Both the position numbers and the translations under genes were made by a program. The notes under the pieces are model-generated. The model was not told the origin of the DNA and ran no database searches. It was given only the letters and a program-made list of their open reading frames with translations. From contig OY760694.1 of NCBI GenBank assembly GCA_963663955.1, forward strand, positions 1,412,882-1,476,881: a DNA stretch of 64,000 nucleotides, given 5' to 3'. This DNA comes from Acidimicrobiia bacterium (GTDB lineage Bacteria; Actinomycetota; Acidimicrobiia; Spongiisociales; Spongiisociaceae). Shown one piece after another: positions 1 through 10,127 of the stretch. Every line of letters starts with the position of its first letter. Position 1 is the stretch's first letter.

Positions 1-805
1 CGGCTTGCTTCACCCTCCACGCCATCTGATGAGCCTGGAAGTGATGGGCGGTAAGGATGAAACGGATCCACGGCCGGGTGTCTCTTTCAGGGTTCCAACA
101 ACTTCCCCCGACCTCGGCGAGGGTCCGATAGTAAGCAACCGTGTTGTACCCCAGGTACTCTTCGATACTCGAGAAACGGGGGTCAAGGATTCCATCCCGT
201 CCGAGTACCAGAGTCTGGAGTGCTCGTGACATCCTGCCATTCCCATCCTTGAATGGGTGGATCATCAGCAGGTTAAGGTGTGCCATTGCGGCCCGAACCG
301 GTAATGGAGTCGTTTCATCCTCTTCGTTCAGGGAAGCCATGAGTTCACGGACCAGACCGGGCGCAACTTCGGACCGGGGACCCTCGTACTGACCGACGAA
401 GATGGCACCCGGTCGATACATGCCGGGCAGGCATTGAGAATCATGCTTCATCATCATGTAGTGGATGCCGCGTATCAACCCGTCGCTGTAGCTGAAGTGG
501 GGATCCCTCGAGAGATTGATGATGTAGTCCATAGCCTCTTGGTAGCCACGAACTGCTTCCCAATCATTACCGGTCGCTTCGAATGGCTCTGCCCCATCCA
601 CGGCCGCACCTGCGTCGTCGTGGCTTACGTGGTGCCCTTCAATGCCCGTTGAGGCACGTGTATTCCCGGCTGCTACCAACCTCCGGAGCAATCCGTGCCA
701 TTGACGGGGTTCATAGAGTAGATGGCGGAGGTCCCGTCGGACCTGAGCGATCGACTCGATCACATGGATCTCCAGATCGTCCAGACGGGGAGGTTGAAAC
801 AGCAT
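1..805 (-). CDS. Fic (filamentation induced by cAMP) family protein, 3' end beyond window
   Basis: Manual translation of the minus strand from ATG at 805 (MLFQPPRLDDLEIHVIES...) stays open to position 1 and contains the canonical Fic motif AHLNLLMIHPFKDGNGRMSR. Not in the ORF track because there is no stop in the window. Confidence 0.9.
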   Translation of the reverse strand, partial: MLFQPPRLDDLEIHVIESIAQVRRDLRHLLYEPRQWHGLLRRLVAAGNTRASTGIEGHHVSHDDAGAAVDGAEPFEATGNDWEAVRGYQEAMDYIINLSRDPHFSYSDGLIRGIHYMMMKHDSQCLPGMYRPGAIFVGQYEGPRSEVAPGLVRELMASLNEEDETTPLPVRAAMAHLNLLMIHPFKDGNGRMSRALQTLVLGRDGILDPRFSSIEEYLGYNTVAYYRTLAEVGGSCWNPERDTRPWIRFILTAHHFQAHQMAWRVKQA

Positions 806-940
806 GTCCGTAATTCCTTTACAAAGGGACGCATGTCCGATATTAACAGACTACGGGAGGATCGACGGCCCCTCGCATCTTGGAGCGAGAGGGGAAAAGG
901 TCTACTCAGGGAGCTCCATTGGTTATAGAGAGTTAGCGGT

Positions 941-2158
941 TCAGGATTCCTGGACCACGGCATCAGCAGGCGTCCCGACACCGGTTAACGGTTCATCCAC
1001 ACCAGGCTGGCCGACTTCGTGTCGCTCCACGTAGGTCGAGATGAAAGCTTGGATTATGGCTGCGGCCGGCAGCGCCACCAATGCTCCTACCGCCCCGATC
1101 AGGGCTGAGCCGACGAGGACCGAACCGAAGGCTACCGCCGGATGGAGGGCCATGGTCCGAGCCGTGATGCGGGGCGCCAGGACGATGTTTTCCAACTGCT
1201 GGTAGACGACCAGTACCACGATCACGATCAGGACGGTGAGCGGGCTGACAGTCAGAGCGACCACGATGGGGACCACTGCCGCGATGTAGGTTCCAACGGC
1301 TGGGATGAACTGGGATATCACCCCGACCCAAATCCCCAGAGCGAGTGGGAAGGGGACGCCGATAATCAGAAAGGCTACATAAGTGAACACGGAAGAAACC
1401 AGCGCCAGCAGTGCTCGGGAGAAAACGTAACCACCGGTTTTCTGAATCGCTATCTCCCAGATGCGAATCACCTCGGTCTGCCGTTCGGGACGGAACAGGG
1501 ACAGGACCAGCCGACGGAATCGGGGACCGTCGGCGAGCAGGTAGAACGTGAACAGCGCCATCGTGAACATTTGCACCACCAATCCCAGCACCTTGCCTCC
1601 GAGACCAAGGATCCCTGTCGCCAGAGAGGCCGCATATGTCTGGAGGGTCCCCTGCAAGTCGCTTACATCAGTTGACAGGTTGGCGAGGTTGATGTCCACC
1701 CCGAATCGTTCGGACAAGTACTCGGTTCCGGTCTGCAGCCAATCGGGAACGTTGGAAGCCAGGGATGCTACCTCACCCACCAGGGGCGGAAGGGTCACGG
1801 CCACGAAGAGGAGCCCGGCCAGAATCGTCAGAGAGAACACGGCCACGGTTGCCAACCCTCGCCGCCAACCACGCTTGGCCAAGAAGGTGACTCCGGGTTC
1901 CAGGGCGAAAGATATGAAGAAAGACAGGAGCAGGACCAGCAGGAGGCTGCGCAACCGACCGAGCACCCATACCATGGCCAGAGTACCTAGAACTGTTGCC
2001 ACTACCAGACCAAGCAGCCTAGGAATCCAGGCAGGCATCCTGTCACGGTCAACGGGTAGGGGTTCCACGAGGTCAATCCTACTATCCAAGGAGTTACGTT
2101 CCGGGGACCCGAGACGTTCAGGGGCGGGGAACCGGCCGATAGGGTGGAGTACCGGCAT
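941..2158 (-). CDS. AI-2E family transporter (PerM/TqsA-like)
   Basis: Multiple hydrophobic helices; motifs LEPGV, FIPAVG, QQLENIVLAPRI, LHPAV, GALVALP. True start may be the ATG at 2038. Confidence 0.88.
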   Translation of the reverse strand: MPVLHPIGRFPAPERLGSPERNSLDSRIDLVEPLPVDRDRMPAWIPRLLGLVVATVLGTLAMVWVLGRLRSLLLVLLLSFFISFALEPGVTFLAKRGWRRGLATVAVFSLTILAGLLFVAVTLPPLVGEVASLASNVPDWLQTGTEYLSERFGVDINLANLSTDVSDLQGTLQTYAASLATGILGLGGKVLGLVVQMFTMALFTFYLLADGPRFRRLVLSLFRPERQTEVIRIWEIAIQKTGGYVFSRALLALVSSVFTYVAFLIIGVPFPLALGIWVGVISQFIPAVGTYIAAVVPIVVALTVSPLTVLIVIVVLVVYQQLENIVLAPRITARTMALHPAVAFGSVLVGSALIGAVGALVALPAAAIIQAFISTYVERHEVGQPGVDEPLTGVGTPADAVVQES

Positions 2159-2190
2159 TTACGGAGCCGAGAACGAGGAGAACTCTCATC

Positions 2191-4131
2191 ATGGAAACGA
2201 AGCAAGTTGTCTGGCGGGCCGGCGAGAAGGACTTAGCTCGCTCTCGAACGGTCGAGTTCATGGGATTGCATGGAATCGATAGTTACGCCCGGCTAGTAGA
2301 CCGCTCCATCGATGACATCGAGTGGTTCTGGGACGCGGCCGTCCATTATCTGGGGATCCCGTTTTCGAAACCATACTACACCGTCCTTGACGCTACCGAC
2401 GGTGTAGCCTTCCCACGCTGGTTTTCGGGAGGGCGGATAAACCTCTCGGAAGCGTGCGTTGACCGATGGGCGACTATGGATCCCCACCGGGTGGCTCTAA
2501 TAGCCGAGCGCGAGGATGGCCACCAGAACTCCTACACCTTCGGGGAACTCCTGTACTCCGTCGAGAAGGCTGCGGGCGCTTTCACCGAAGCGGGTGCTGT
2601 GAAGGGCGATACCGTGGCTGTATATCTGCCGATGACGGTCGAGGCGGTGGTGTCGATGCTGGCCGCTGCCCGTATCGGAGCCATCTACGTCCCGATCTTT
2701 TCGGGATTCGGCGCCGAGGCGGTGGCTTCACGTCTGGCCGCCTCGGATCCTGCAGTGGTTGTCACCGCAGATGCCTACACGAGGCGCGGCAAGCCAGTGG
2801 CAATGAAGGAAACCGCCGATCGGGCAATCGAGGTCTCCGGCGCCGATCCCACGGTTTTGATCGTTTCCAACCTTGGAAGAACCGATACTCCGGTTACCTC
2901 AGGCAGAGATCGTTGGTGGGATAACGCCATAGAAAGCGCCCGACCTCTAGGGGCCGTTCCTACCAGTGCCGAGGACCCGGTACTGCTTGCCTACACCTCG
3001 GGTACCACCGGTAAGCCGAAGGGTGTAGTTCATGTTCAGGGTGGATTGACAGTGAAGCTAGCGGTGGAGGGCGCCTTCCAGTTCGAGTTAAGCCCGAAAG
3101 ACCGAGTGATGTGGATGACCGACATGGGCTGGATAATGGGACCGTGGATGGTTGTGGCCGGGTTGGCGAACGGGGCCTCGCTCGGATGTTACGACGGAGC
3201 TCCCGACTATCCGACTCCGGGTCGGTCATGGCGGCTGGTCGAGTCGCTGGGGATTACCGTCCTCGGTATTTCCCCCACCCTCATCCGCGCCCTCCAACCA
3301 CACGGCGCCGGCGAATCCGCCGCGGCTGACCTGGCGACTTTGCGGGCTTTCGGTTCCACCGGTGAACCTTGGAACCCGGACCCCTGGTGGTGGTTGTTTG
3401 ACGAGGTAGGGGGCAAAGAGCGGCCGATCATCAACATCTCGGGAGGAACCGAGGTGGGAGCGTGTTTGCTGACGGCACACATTCTCCAAGGGATCAAACC
3501 CGTCTCCCTGGGCGGACCTTCTCTCGGGATGGCGGTGGATGTATATGACCAGGAGGGGAAGTCGGTTAGGGGCGAAGTCGGAGAATTGGTCTGCACCAAG
3601 CCGTGGCCGGGTATGACGAGAGGTTTCTGGGGCGACGATGATCGCTACCACGACACTTACTGGGCGCGCTGGCCGGACGTATGGGTACACGGCGACTGGG
3701 CATCCATCGACGGGGATGGGTATTGGTACCTTCACGGGCGATCCGACGACACCCTCAACATCGCCGGCAAGCGTATCGGACCGGCGGAAATCGAATCGGC
3801 GGTGGTCGCACACCCCCGGGTGGTTATGGCGGCTGCGATCGGGGTACCCCACCCGGTCAAGGGCGAAGTAATCGCGGTCTATGCAGTTACCAGCGATCCA
3901 CCGCCGGACACAGAAGGATTGAAACGCGAGCTGTCCGACGCCGTGGTGGGCGCCCTTGGTAAAGCGTTCAGACCTGCCGACATAAGGCTGGTTGACGACT
4001 TGCCCCGCACCCGCTCCGCGAAGATCATGCGGCGGGTCGTCCGCTCCCGTGCACTGGGCAAGGACCCCGGAGATCTGACCAGCCTCGAAAACCCGGCGGC
4101 GGTCGAGGCTATCGGAAGGCTGGAACTGTAG
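2191..4131 (+). CDS. AMP-forming acyl-CoA synthetase (acetate--CoA ligase family)
   Basis: YTSGTTGKPKG AMP-binding motif, STGEPWNP, GRSDDTLNIAGKRIG, LPRTRSAKIMRR; 646 aa. Confidence 0.9.
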   Translation: METKQVVWRAGEKDLARSRTVEFMGLHGIDSYARLVDRSIDDIEWFWDAAVHYLGIPFSKPYYTVLDATDGVAFPRWFSGGRINLSEACVDRWATMDPHRVALIAEREDGHQNSYTFGELLYSVEKAAGAFTEAGAVKGDTVAVYLPMTVEAVVSMLAAARIGAIYVPIFSGFGAEAVASRLAASDPAVVVTADAYTRRGKPVAMKETADRAIEVSGADPTVLIVSNLGRTDTPVTSGRDRWWDNAIESARPLGAVPTSAEDPVLLAYTSGTTGKPKGVVHVQGGLTVKLAVEGAFQFELSPKDRVMWMTDMGWIMGPWMVVAGLANGASLGCYDGAPDYPTPGRSWRLVESLGITVLGISPTLIRALQPHGAGESAAADLATLRAFGSTGEPWNPDPWWWLFDEVGGKERPIINISGGTEVGACLLTAHILQGIKPVSLGGPSLGMAVDVYDQEGKSVRGEVGELVCTKPWPGMTRGFWGDDDRYHDTYWARWPDVWVHGDWASIDGDGYWYLHGRSDDTLNIAGKRIGPAEIESAVVAHPRVVMAAAIGVPHPVKGEVIAVYAVTSDPPPDTEGLKRELSDAVVGALGKAFRPADIRLVDDLPRTRSAKIMRRVVRSRALGKDPGDLTSLENPAAVEAIGRLEL

Positions 4132-4475
4132 AGCAGTTACCGCCGTCATCAGTTCCGATTCTTTCATGGATCGGGGTTTGGCGGATGAGTGGAGTAGAGC
4201 CATATTCGCGCCCTGACCAGGCAATACAGCCATCGGCGTTTCCCATCCCGGTCCGTTGTGGAGTTCCACATGCCGGGTGAACGGTGGGTTTATCCCGATA
4301 CTCGGATTGAACAGGCGTTACATGCTTCGGTGTGTCGGAAACCCAATAGTCAGGGCTAGAATAACGGTCACTGATCCAGCGGTCAGGTGATGCCGTAGCC
4401 GTCCGCGGCGGCACTTCAAGGTGCCTTGCCCGGACCGTTATTGCCGCCTGTATCGGACGACGATGGGACGACAGA

Positions 4476-5495
4476 ATGCAGCCAGTCCGATGCGCACTCG
4501 TCGGTCACGGGATGATCGGTCGTGAACACACCAGGATTCTGGCCGCGAACCCGATGGCCGATCTCACCGTAGTCTGCGACACGGACCCGGCAGCCGCTGC
4601 GGGAGTACCAGAGGGGACCCGGTTCACGGCTGACCTCGATGACGCCCTAAACACGGAAGGTCTGGAAGCGCTCTGGGTCTGCACTCCCCAACAGGTTCAC
4701 CTGCCCGTGGTGGAGGCGGGGATGATCCGCGGGTTGCATGTCTTTTGCGAGAAGCCGTTCGCCTCTTCGCTCGGCGATGCCGACCGGATGATGGAGCTCG
4801 ACAAGTCAACCACCGGGAGCCTGGTCATCGGTCACACCCTGCGCTTCGATCCCAACTACGTCGCGGTCCACCAAGCTGTGGTAACGGGCAGGCTCGGTGA
4901 GATCGTGCATGTGTCGGCTCGATGGAATGCGCCCGACTACGAGGGCCGGATCATCTCCGGGCGTACCACCGTACCGCAGGAGATGGCGATTCACGACCTT
5001 GATGTGATGAGGTGGCTCGTGGGTGATATCGAACGGGTATATGCGGAGGCGGCGCGACACGAGGTTGTCGGGCCCGGGCCGGATGCGGCGGTGGCCACGG
5101 TGCGGTTTGCCTCCGGCGCCGTCGGTGCTCTCGATCATAACTGGATACTGCCCTCCGATTCGGGACTCCGCAGCGACCATCGTCTAGCCGTTTTCGGAAC
5201 GCGAGGGAGCGCCTACGTGGAAACCCGCGATTCGCCGGCGGTGGTGTTCGGCGTGGACGGCATCGAAAACATCCACTCCGGTTATTACTCCTACCCGAAC
5301 GGGGTTCCCTACGGAGCGCTGCCTTCCGAGGACGCCTTCTTTCTCGGCCGGGTGCGGGACGGGCGAGCCTGGCCGCTCACTCTGGCCGATGCCCGCGCCG
5401 CTCTCTTGGCCGCTCTTGCAATGGACAGGTCGATCGAGGAGGAGCGTCCGGTAGACCTCGCCGAGTTCGAGGGCTCGGATGGTAGGTTCGGTTAG
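4476..5495 (+). CDS. Gfo/Idh/MocA family NAD(P)-dependent oxidoreductase
   Basis: N-terminal VGHGMIG Rossmann motif, HVFCEKP, GHTLRF, IHDLD. Confidence 0.9.
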   Translation: MQPVRCALVGHGMIGREHTRILAANPMADLTVVCDTDPAAAAGVPEGTRFTADLDDALNTEGLEALWVCTPQQVHLPVVEAGMIRGLHVFCEKPFASSLGDADRMMELDKSTTGSLVIGHTLRFDPNYVAVHQAVVTGRLGEIVHVSARWNAPDYEGRIISGRTTVPQEMAIHDLDVMRWLVGDIERVYAEAARHEVVGPGPDAAVATVRFASGAVGALDHNWILPSDSGLRSDHRLAVFGTRGSAYVETRDSPAVVFGVDGIENIHSGYYSYPNGVPYGALPSEDAFFLGRVRDGRAWPLTLADARAALLAALAMDRSIEEERPVDLAEFEGSDGRFG

Positions 5496-5562
5496 CCGCC
5501 GGATGTCACGGCCGGCCGACAATCGGCTTGCCGAGCCTGGTTCGCATGAGAGGAGGCAGGAC

Positions 5563-6348
5563 ATGGATTACGTGGTACGGGTTCTGAGTGTGGGTGAGTC
5601 GCTGATCGCGGGGCCGGAGGTGTTCTGGATGAGCCGCTGGGATGAGGTCTACCCGTTGGGGTTCAACGTGACGCTGATACAGGGCGGAGGTGTCACTGCA
5701 TTGGTGAACGCCTCACCACCTGACGATACCACCATGGTCGAGGAGGGTTGGCCGCAAATGCGATACCTCCACGACGCTCCCAAGGGTGACCTCCGGCGGC
5801 GGCCCGACCAATACATGACCGGAGCATTGGAGACGGTTGGCCTGACCCCGGACGAGATCACCCACATCCTGCTCACACCTCTCGAGCTATATACCACCGG
5901 AACTCTCCACCTCTTCAGGACCGCACGGATATGCATCGCTAAGCGGGGTTGGATTCACTTTCATACCACGCATGACCACCCTCACGACGATCGGTGGAGA
6001 TCGATACCGAAGGACACGCTGGTTGATCTGGTCACGGACAGCTGGGATAGGGTTCGCCTCCTGGAGGACGAGGACGAGATCGCACCCGGACTGCGCACCT
6101 GGTGGTCGGGCGCGCACCATCGCGAGTCGATCGTGGTCGAGGTGGACACCGCGGTCGGTGTGGTGGCGATCTCGGATTCCTATTTCTTCTACGAGAACGT
6201 GGAGGACGGTGAGATGCTCGGACTTTGCGAGAACATGTACGAGGCCTTGGAATGCTACGAGAGGGTACGGAACACCGCCCGGCACATCGTGCCGATTCAC
6301 GACGTGAAGGTCTTCGACCGCTATCCGGACGGAGTGATCGCGCCGTGA
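5563..6348 (+). CDS. Metallo-beta-lactamase-fold protein (AHL-lactonase-like) with non-canonical metal motif
   Basis: Layout GLTPDEITHILLT..., DEIAPGLRTWWSGAHH, ISD, IVPIHD matches the AiiA-like MBL fold, but HxHxDH is replaced by PLELYT. GAGGAGG RBS precedes the ATG at 5563. Confidence 0.7.
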   Translation: MDYVVRVLSVGESLIAGPEVFWMSRWDEVYPLGFNVTLIQGGGVTALVNASPPDDTTMVEEGWPQMRYLHDAPKGDLRRRPDQYMTGALETVGLTPDEITHILLTPLELYTTGTLHLFRTARICIAKRGWIHFHTTHDHPHDDRWRSIPKDTLVDLVTDSWDRVRLLEDEDEIAPGLRTWWSGAHHRESIVVEVDTAVGVVAISDSYFFYENVEDGEMLGLCENMYEALECYERVRNTARHIVPIHDVKVFDRYPDGVIAP

Positions 6349-6351
6349 CCC

Positions 6352-7335
6352 GTGATGCGGCATCCTTCGCCTCCTGAGAGCCGAGGGATGCCTCCGGTGA
6401 GCGTCCGGGGCGCCGGGTCGAAGTCATCGGGGCAGTCGGAGGTCCTGTCCGGGGTGTTTCCGGTGTTCCAGACACCGTTCCGCGACGACGACTCCATCGA
6501 CCGGGACATGCTGGAGCACGAGATCCGATGGATGGACGAGCACGGCGTCAACGGCATCGTCATGGCGATGGTGTCGGAGACGCTCAGGTTGTCGGGCGAG
6601 GAACGCCGCAGGCTGGCTGAAATGGCATGTGACATAGGGCTGGCCTACGGACCGGTCATCGTCAGCGTCGGGGCGGAGAGTACGAAGGTCGCCGTCGAAT
6701 ACGCTCTCCACGCTCAGGGTGTCGGAGCGTCCGCCCTAATGGCGATACCACCGACGACCGTGCCCTGTCTCGATGATCAGCTCGCCGATTACTACCGGTC
6801 GTTGCTGGACGCCACCGAAGTTCCGCTGGTCATCCAGGATGCCAGCGGCTATGTGGGCCGGCCCATGTCCATCGGCCTTCAGGCTCGATTACTCGACGAG
6901 TATCGAGGGAGGGTCCTGTTCAAGCCGGAGGCGGTCCCTATAGGACCCAGACTCACCGAACTGCGCGAGGCGACCGAAGGGGCTGCGAGGGTGTTCGAGG
7001 GGTCGGGTGGTATCGCTCTCGTTGACAGCTACAGGCGAGGGATCGTCGGGACCATGCCGGGAGCGGAGGTCTGCTGGGCGATCGTTGCCTTGTGGGATGC
7101 CTTGGAGACTGGTGATGAGGCTCGGATCAACGCCATCAACGGACCGCTGACCGCTCTCGTGTCGATGCAGTCCGGACTCGACGGTTTCATCGCCGTCGAG
7201 AAACACCTCCTGGTCAGGCAGGGCGTATTCGAGAGCGCCCGGGTCCGGGGTCCGGTTGGTTTCCGGCTCGATCCGGAGACGACTACCGAGGTGGACCGTC
7301 TCTTCGACCTGCTCCAATCCGCCGTAGACGACTGA
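6352..7335 (+). CDS. Dihydrodipicolinate synthase-like (DHDPS/NAL superfamily) protein, 2-keto-3-deoxy-acid dehydratase-like subgroup
   Basis: GVFPVFQTPF, VIVSVGAEST, LVIQDAS, and Schiff-base Lys in FKPE. Confidence 0.8.
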   Translation: MMRHPSPPESRGMPPVSVRGAGSKSSGQSEVLSGVFPVFQTPFRDDDSIDRDMLEHEIRWMDEHGVNGIVMAMVSETLRLSGEERRRLAEMACDIGLAYGPVIVSVGAESTKVAVEYALHAQGVGASALMAIPPTTVPCLDDQLADYYRSLLDATEVPLVIQDASGYVGRPMSIGLQARLLDEYRGRVLFKPEAVPIGPRLTELREATEGAARVFEGSGGIALVDSYRRGIVGTMPGAEVCWAIVALWDALETGDEARINAINGPLTALVSMQSGLDGFIAVEKHLLVRQGVFESARVRGPVGFRLDPETTTEVDRLFDLLQSAVDD

Positions 7336-7453
7336 CCCGACGCCCTCGATTGGCTACCGGACGGATCCTAAGGGCTGGGCAGGTGGTCCCCGGCGCCTGA
7401 CGTATGAGAGAATCGGTCCGGTTATCAGCGTGCGAGGGAAAGGCGGCCGATCG

Positions 7454-8626
7454 GTGCTTATCACGGACGTCGAATGCATCCTCATGCGCGGTGACGAAAC
7501 CTACGGGACGCGCAGGGGTGCAAGCGACGCCACCGATCAGGGTGACTGGCTGGCGCTGATACGTGTCGAGACGGATGAAGGCCTCATCGGATGGTCCGAG
7601 GTGGAGACGCTCACGACGGCGGCGCCCTCGATCGTGCAGGGTGTGAGCATGGGACCGATGGGCTTCCACACCTTGAGAGACCTCCTCCTCGGAGAGGATC
7701 CGTTGGATACCGAACGGCTCTGGAACAAAATGTTCGTAGGCACCGCTTACTACGGACGGCGAGGGATCGCTCTGCATTGTATATCGGCGGTGGACAATTG
7801 CCTATGGTCGATCAAAGCCCAAGCCGCCTCCGTGCCGCTGTTCGAACTGCTCGGCGGTCGCAAACAAGGAAAGCTGCGGGCCTACGCATCAAGCCTCTTC
7901 CGGGATGACCCCGAGGACAACCACCGGGCGACCCGCAGGTTCGTCGAAGCCGGTTACCGGGCGGCAAAGTTCGGTTGGGGTTCTTTCGGAGCGGACCCCG
8001 GTCGCGATGTCGAGATTCTCGCGGCGATCCAGGAGGCTCTGGGACCCGGCAGGGATCTTATGATCGACCCCGGATGGTACGGCATCGGATGGTCGGACGG
8101 CCTCCGGTTCCGAACTCGGCGGGAAAACCTGGAGATGTGCGAGCGGGTTGCCCCGTTCAACCCGGTATGGGTGGAGGACTTCATACATCCCGAGTACCTG
8201 CTGGACTACGCCTACGTTCGGGAGCACAGTCCCGTGCCGGTGGCGGCAGGCGAGCAACTCACCACGATTTGGGACTTCGAGCGATATCTGGATGGCGGCT
8301 GCGTCGATATCCTGCAGCCGGATCTCACCCGCTGCGGTGGTCTCACGGTCGCAACCCGCTTGGCTCCGCTGGCTGCCGAGCGGAACGTCGAGGTGGTCAC
8401 GCACTCGTGGATCTCTGATCTCCTGCATGCCTACAGCCTTCACTTCATGTCGACCCTGTCCGGCGGGCGTTACGTCGAGTTCAACGCCGCGCAGAGCCGG
8501 CTGAGTCGCGGTGTGACCGGCGGGGCGATGTCCCTGAACGCAGATGGGACGCTGACGGCACCCGACGCGCCCGGGCTGGGTGTGTCCGTGGACCTCGAGT
8601 TCGTGGAATACCACCGTGTCAACTAG
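7454..8626 (+). CDS. Mandelate racemase/muconate lactonizing enzyme family (acid-sugar dehydratase-like)
   Basis: VETDEGLIG, SAVDNCLW, LLGG, AYAS, KFGWG, metal ligands D/E/E (MIDPG, WVEDF, AGEQ), QPDLTRCGG, H in VTHSW. ORF track start is 7430. Confidence 0.88.
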   Translation: MLITDVECILMRGDETYGTRRGASDATDQGDWLALIRVETDEGLIGWSEVETLTTAAPSIVQGVSMGPMGFHTLRDLLLGEDPLDTERLWNKMFVGTAYYGRRGIALHCISAVDNCLWSIKAQAASVPLFELLGGRKQGKLRAYASSLFRDDPEDNHRATRRFVEAGYRAAKFGWGSFGADPGRDVEILAAIQEALGPGRDLMIDPGWYGIGWSDGLRFRTRRENLEMCERVAPFNPVWVEDFIHPEYLLDYAYVREHSPVPVAAGEQLTTIWDFERYLDGGCVDILQPDLTRCGGLTVATRLAPLAAERNVEVVTHSWISDLLHAYSLHFMSTLSGGRYVEFNAAQSRLSRGVTGGAMSLNADGTLTAPDAPGLGVSVDLEFVEYHRVN

Positions 8627-8739
8627 GAGGGTGCTCGGAAACCCCGTACGAAGGGGTTCAGGCGCTATCCCACAACTCTCTGACCAGGCGGTTTACCGAC
8701 CACCAAACCCCGTAAGACTCGTTTTAGGGGACCCTCCTA
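8624..8739. mobile_element. Palindromic MITE/REP-like element, copy 1
   Basis: Terminal inverted repeats TAGGAGGGT...ACCCTCCTA, internal GGGGTT...AAACCCC; homologous to copies at 26548, 52310 and 61101. Confidence 0.7.
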
Positions 8740-8809
8740 TGGCGGGTCGGCGGGTATTCGACGACAGTGCGATCATGAGATCGTTCTATAGGGCAGTCCC
8801 GGAGGATGA

Positions 8810-9835
8810 ATGGTTAGGCAGATAATCAGGCCCGGCGGCCTGGACCTCGAATCACCCGGACGCCGTGACTACTGGGTGGGCCTTCCGCACGACTCCATCT
8901 GGGGTGAATGGCTGGTACCGCTCACCGTCTGGGTCGGGCCCGATGCCCGTGACGGACAGGGCTTGGTGGCCTTCGGATCCACCCATGGCGACGAGTACGA
9001 GGGACCGGTAGCCCTTAAGCACCTTATCCGGGAAATCGACCAAACCGCAGTGACCGGAAGGGTGGTGCTGGTTCCGGTCCTGAGCCCCCCGTCCTTCAGG
9101 TCGGGCCGGAGGGAGAGCGTCGACGCCGACGGTGTCAACCTCAACCGGGCCTTCGTCGACGGAGCCGGGCGCTTCGCTGGTGTCTCAGGGATCACCCACC
9201 GGATAGCCGACTTCGTGAGAACCCGAATCTGGCCTAACGTACATGTTGTCGTCGACCTCCACGCCGGAGGCGACGTAGCCCGGTTCGCTCCCCTGACGAG
9301 CTTCCACACTGTCCCCGACGAGAGCCAGGCAGCTGCGATGCTCGAGATGGCGCGGTGGTTCGGTGTGCCCTTCATCCTCACCTACCAGAACCTCACTCCC
9401 GGATTGCTGACCAGCGATGCCGAAAGATCTGGAAAGATCTCGGTGGGCGGAGAGTTCGGATGGGGAGGGGCGGTGAGCGCCGATGGGGTTCGCTACGCCC
9501 GCCATGGTGTGATAGCCGCCGCAGTTCTGGCAGGCCAGATGAAGGGTGAAGTGGAACGTATAGCCCATCATGCCGCCGGGACCCAGTGTGTTGTCCAAGC
9601 GGTTGACCCGGAGTGCTACATCCCGGCTCCGTGGCCCGGACACTACGAGCCGCTCCTCGAATGCGGTTCCGAAGTCGTGAAAGACCAAGCCATCGGCTTG
9701 CTACACGATTTCAGTCGCATCGATGACGATCCCTGGCAGGTACGCGCAGTCTTGGACGGTTACCTTATAGCCGCTGCCTGGCGGGCACCCGTGCAGCAGG
9801 GCCAACACATCGCCGTCGTAGCGCAGCGCGCGTAG
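8810..9835 (+). CDS. Succinylglutamate desuccinylase/aspartoacylase (M14 AstE/AspA) family hydrolase
   Basis: HGDEYEG, NLNRAF, DLHAGG motifs; C-terminal barrel-sandwich-like segment. Confidence 0.88.
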   Translation: MVRQIIRPGGLDLESPGRRDYWVGLPHDSIWGEWLVPLTVWVGPDARDGQGLVAFGSTHGDEYEGPVALKHLIREIDQTAVTGRVVLVPVLSPPSFRSGRRESVDADGVNLNRAFVDGAGRFAGVSGITHRIADFVRTRIWPNVHVVVDLHAGGDVARFAPLTSFHTVPDESQAAAMLEMARWFGVPFILTYQNLTPGLLTSDAERSGKISVGGEFGWGGAVSADGVRYARHGVIAAAVLAGQMKGEVERIAHHAAGTQCVVQAVDPECYIPAPWPGHYEPLLECGSEVVKDQAIGLLHDFSRIDDDPWQVRAVLDGYLIAAAWRAPVQQGQHIAVVAQRA

Positions 9836-9984
9836 GAGAATGCTCAAAACGGTGGTAGCGGTTGGTCCTCCGCAGCAGCGTCCCAACCGCCTCGGGATCG
9901 GGCTTCTCCGAGAGGAAGTTCACCAGGCAGCGCGACGGGCCGGAGACGACTTCCCGCAACGGATTGTGATCAAGCACTCCCGTA
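9833..9984. repeat. Possible divergent MITE-like element with related termini
   Basis: Begins TAGGAGAATGCTCAAAA at the upstream gene's TAG stop and ends CAAGCACTCCCGTA; the interior is unlike the other copies. Confidence 0.35.
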
Positions 9985-10127
9985 CCTAGCCCGCCGTTCA
10001 CACGGCACAGGGAACGTTGACCCCGAAGGCGTCGCCCGCGTCGGTCGACCTCGACCTGAGTTCCGGCGTCGGTACCCGATTGCGCTCCCGACGTTGATGC
10101 CCTGAAGCAACATCAGATAGCGTTCGC

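Noticed and set aside
4132-4475. 340-bp intergenic region as a riboswitch or sRNA
   Set aside because: No recognisable aptamer consensus, IclR palindrome or strong terminator was found by eye.
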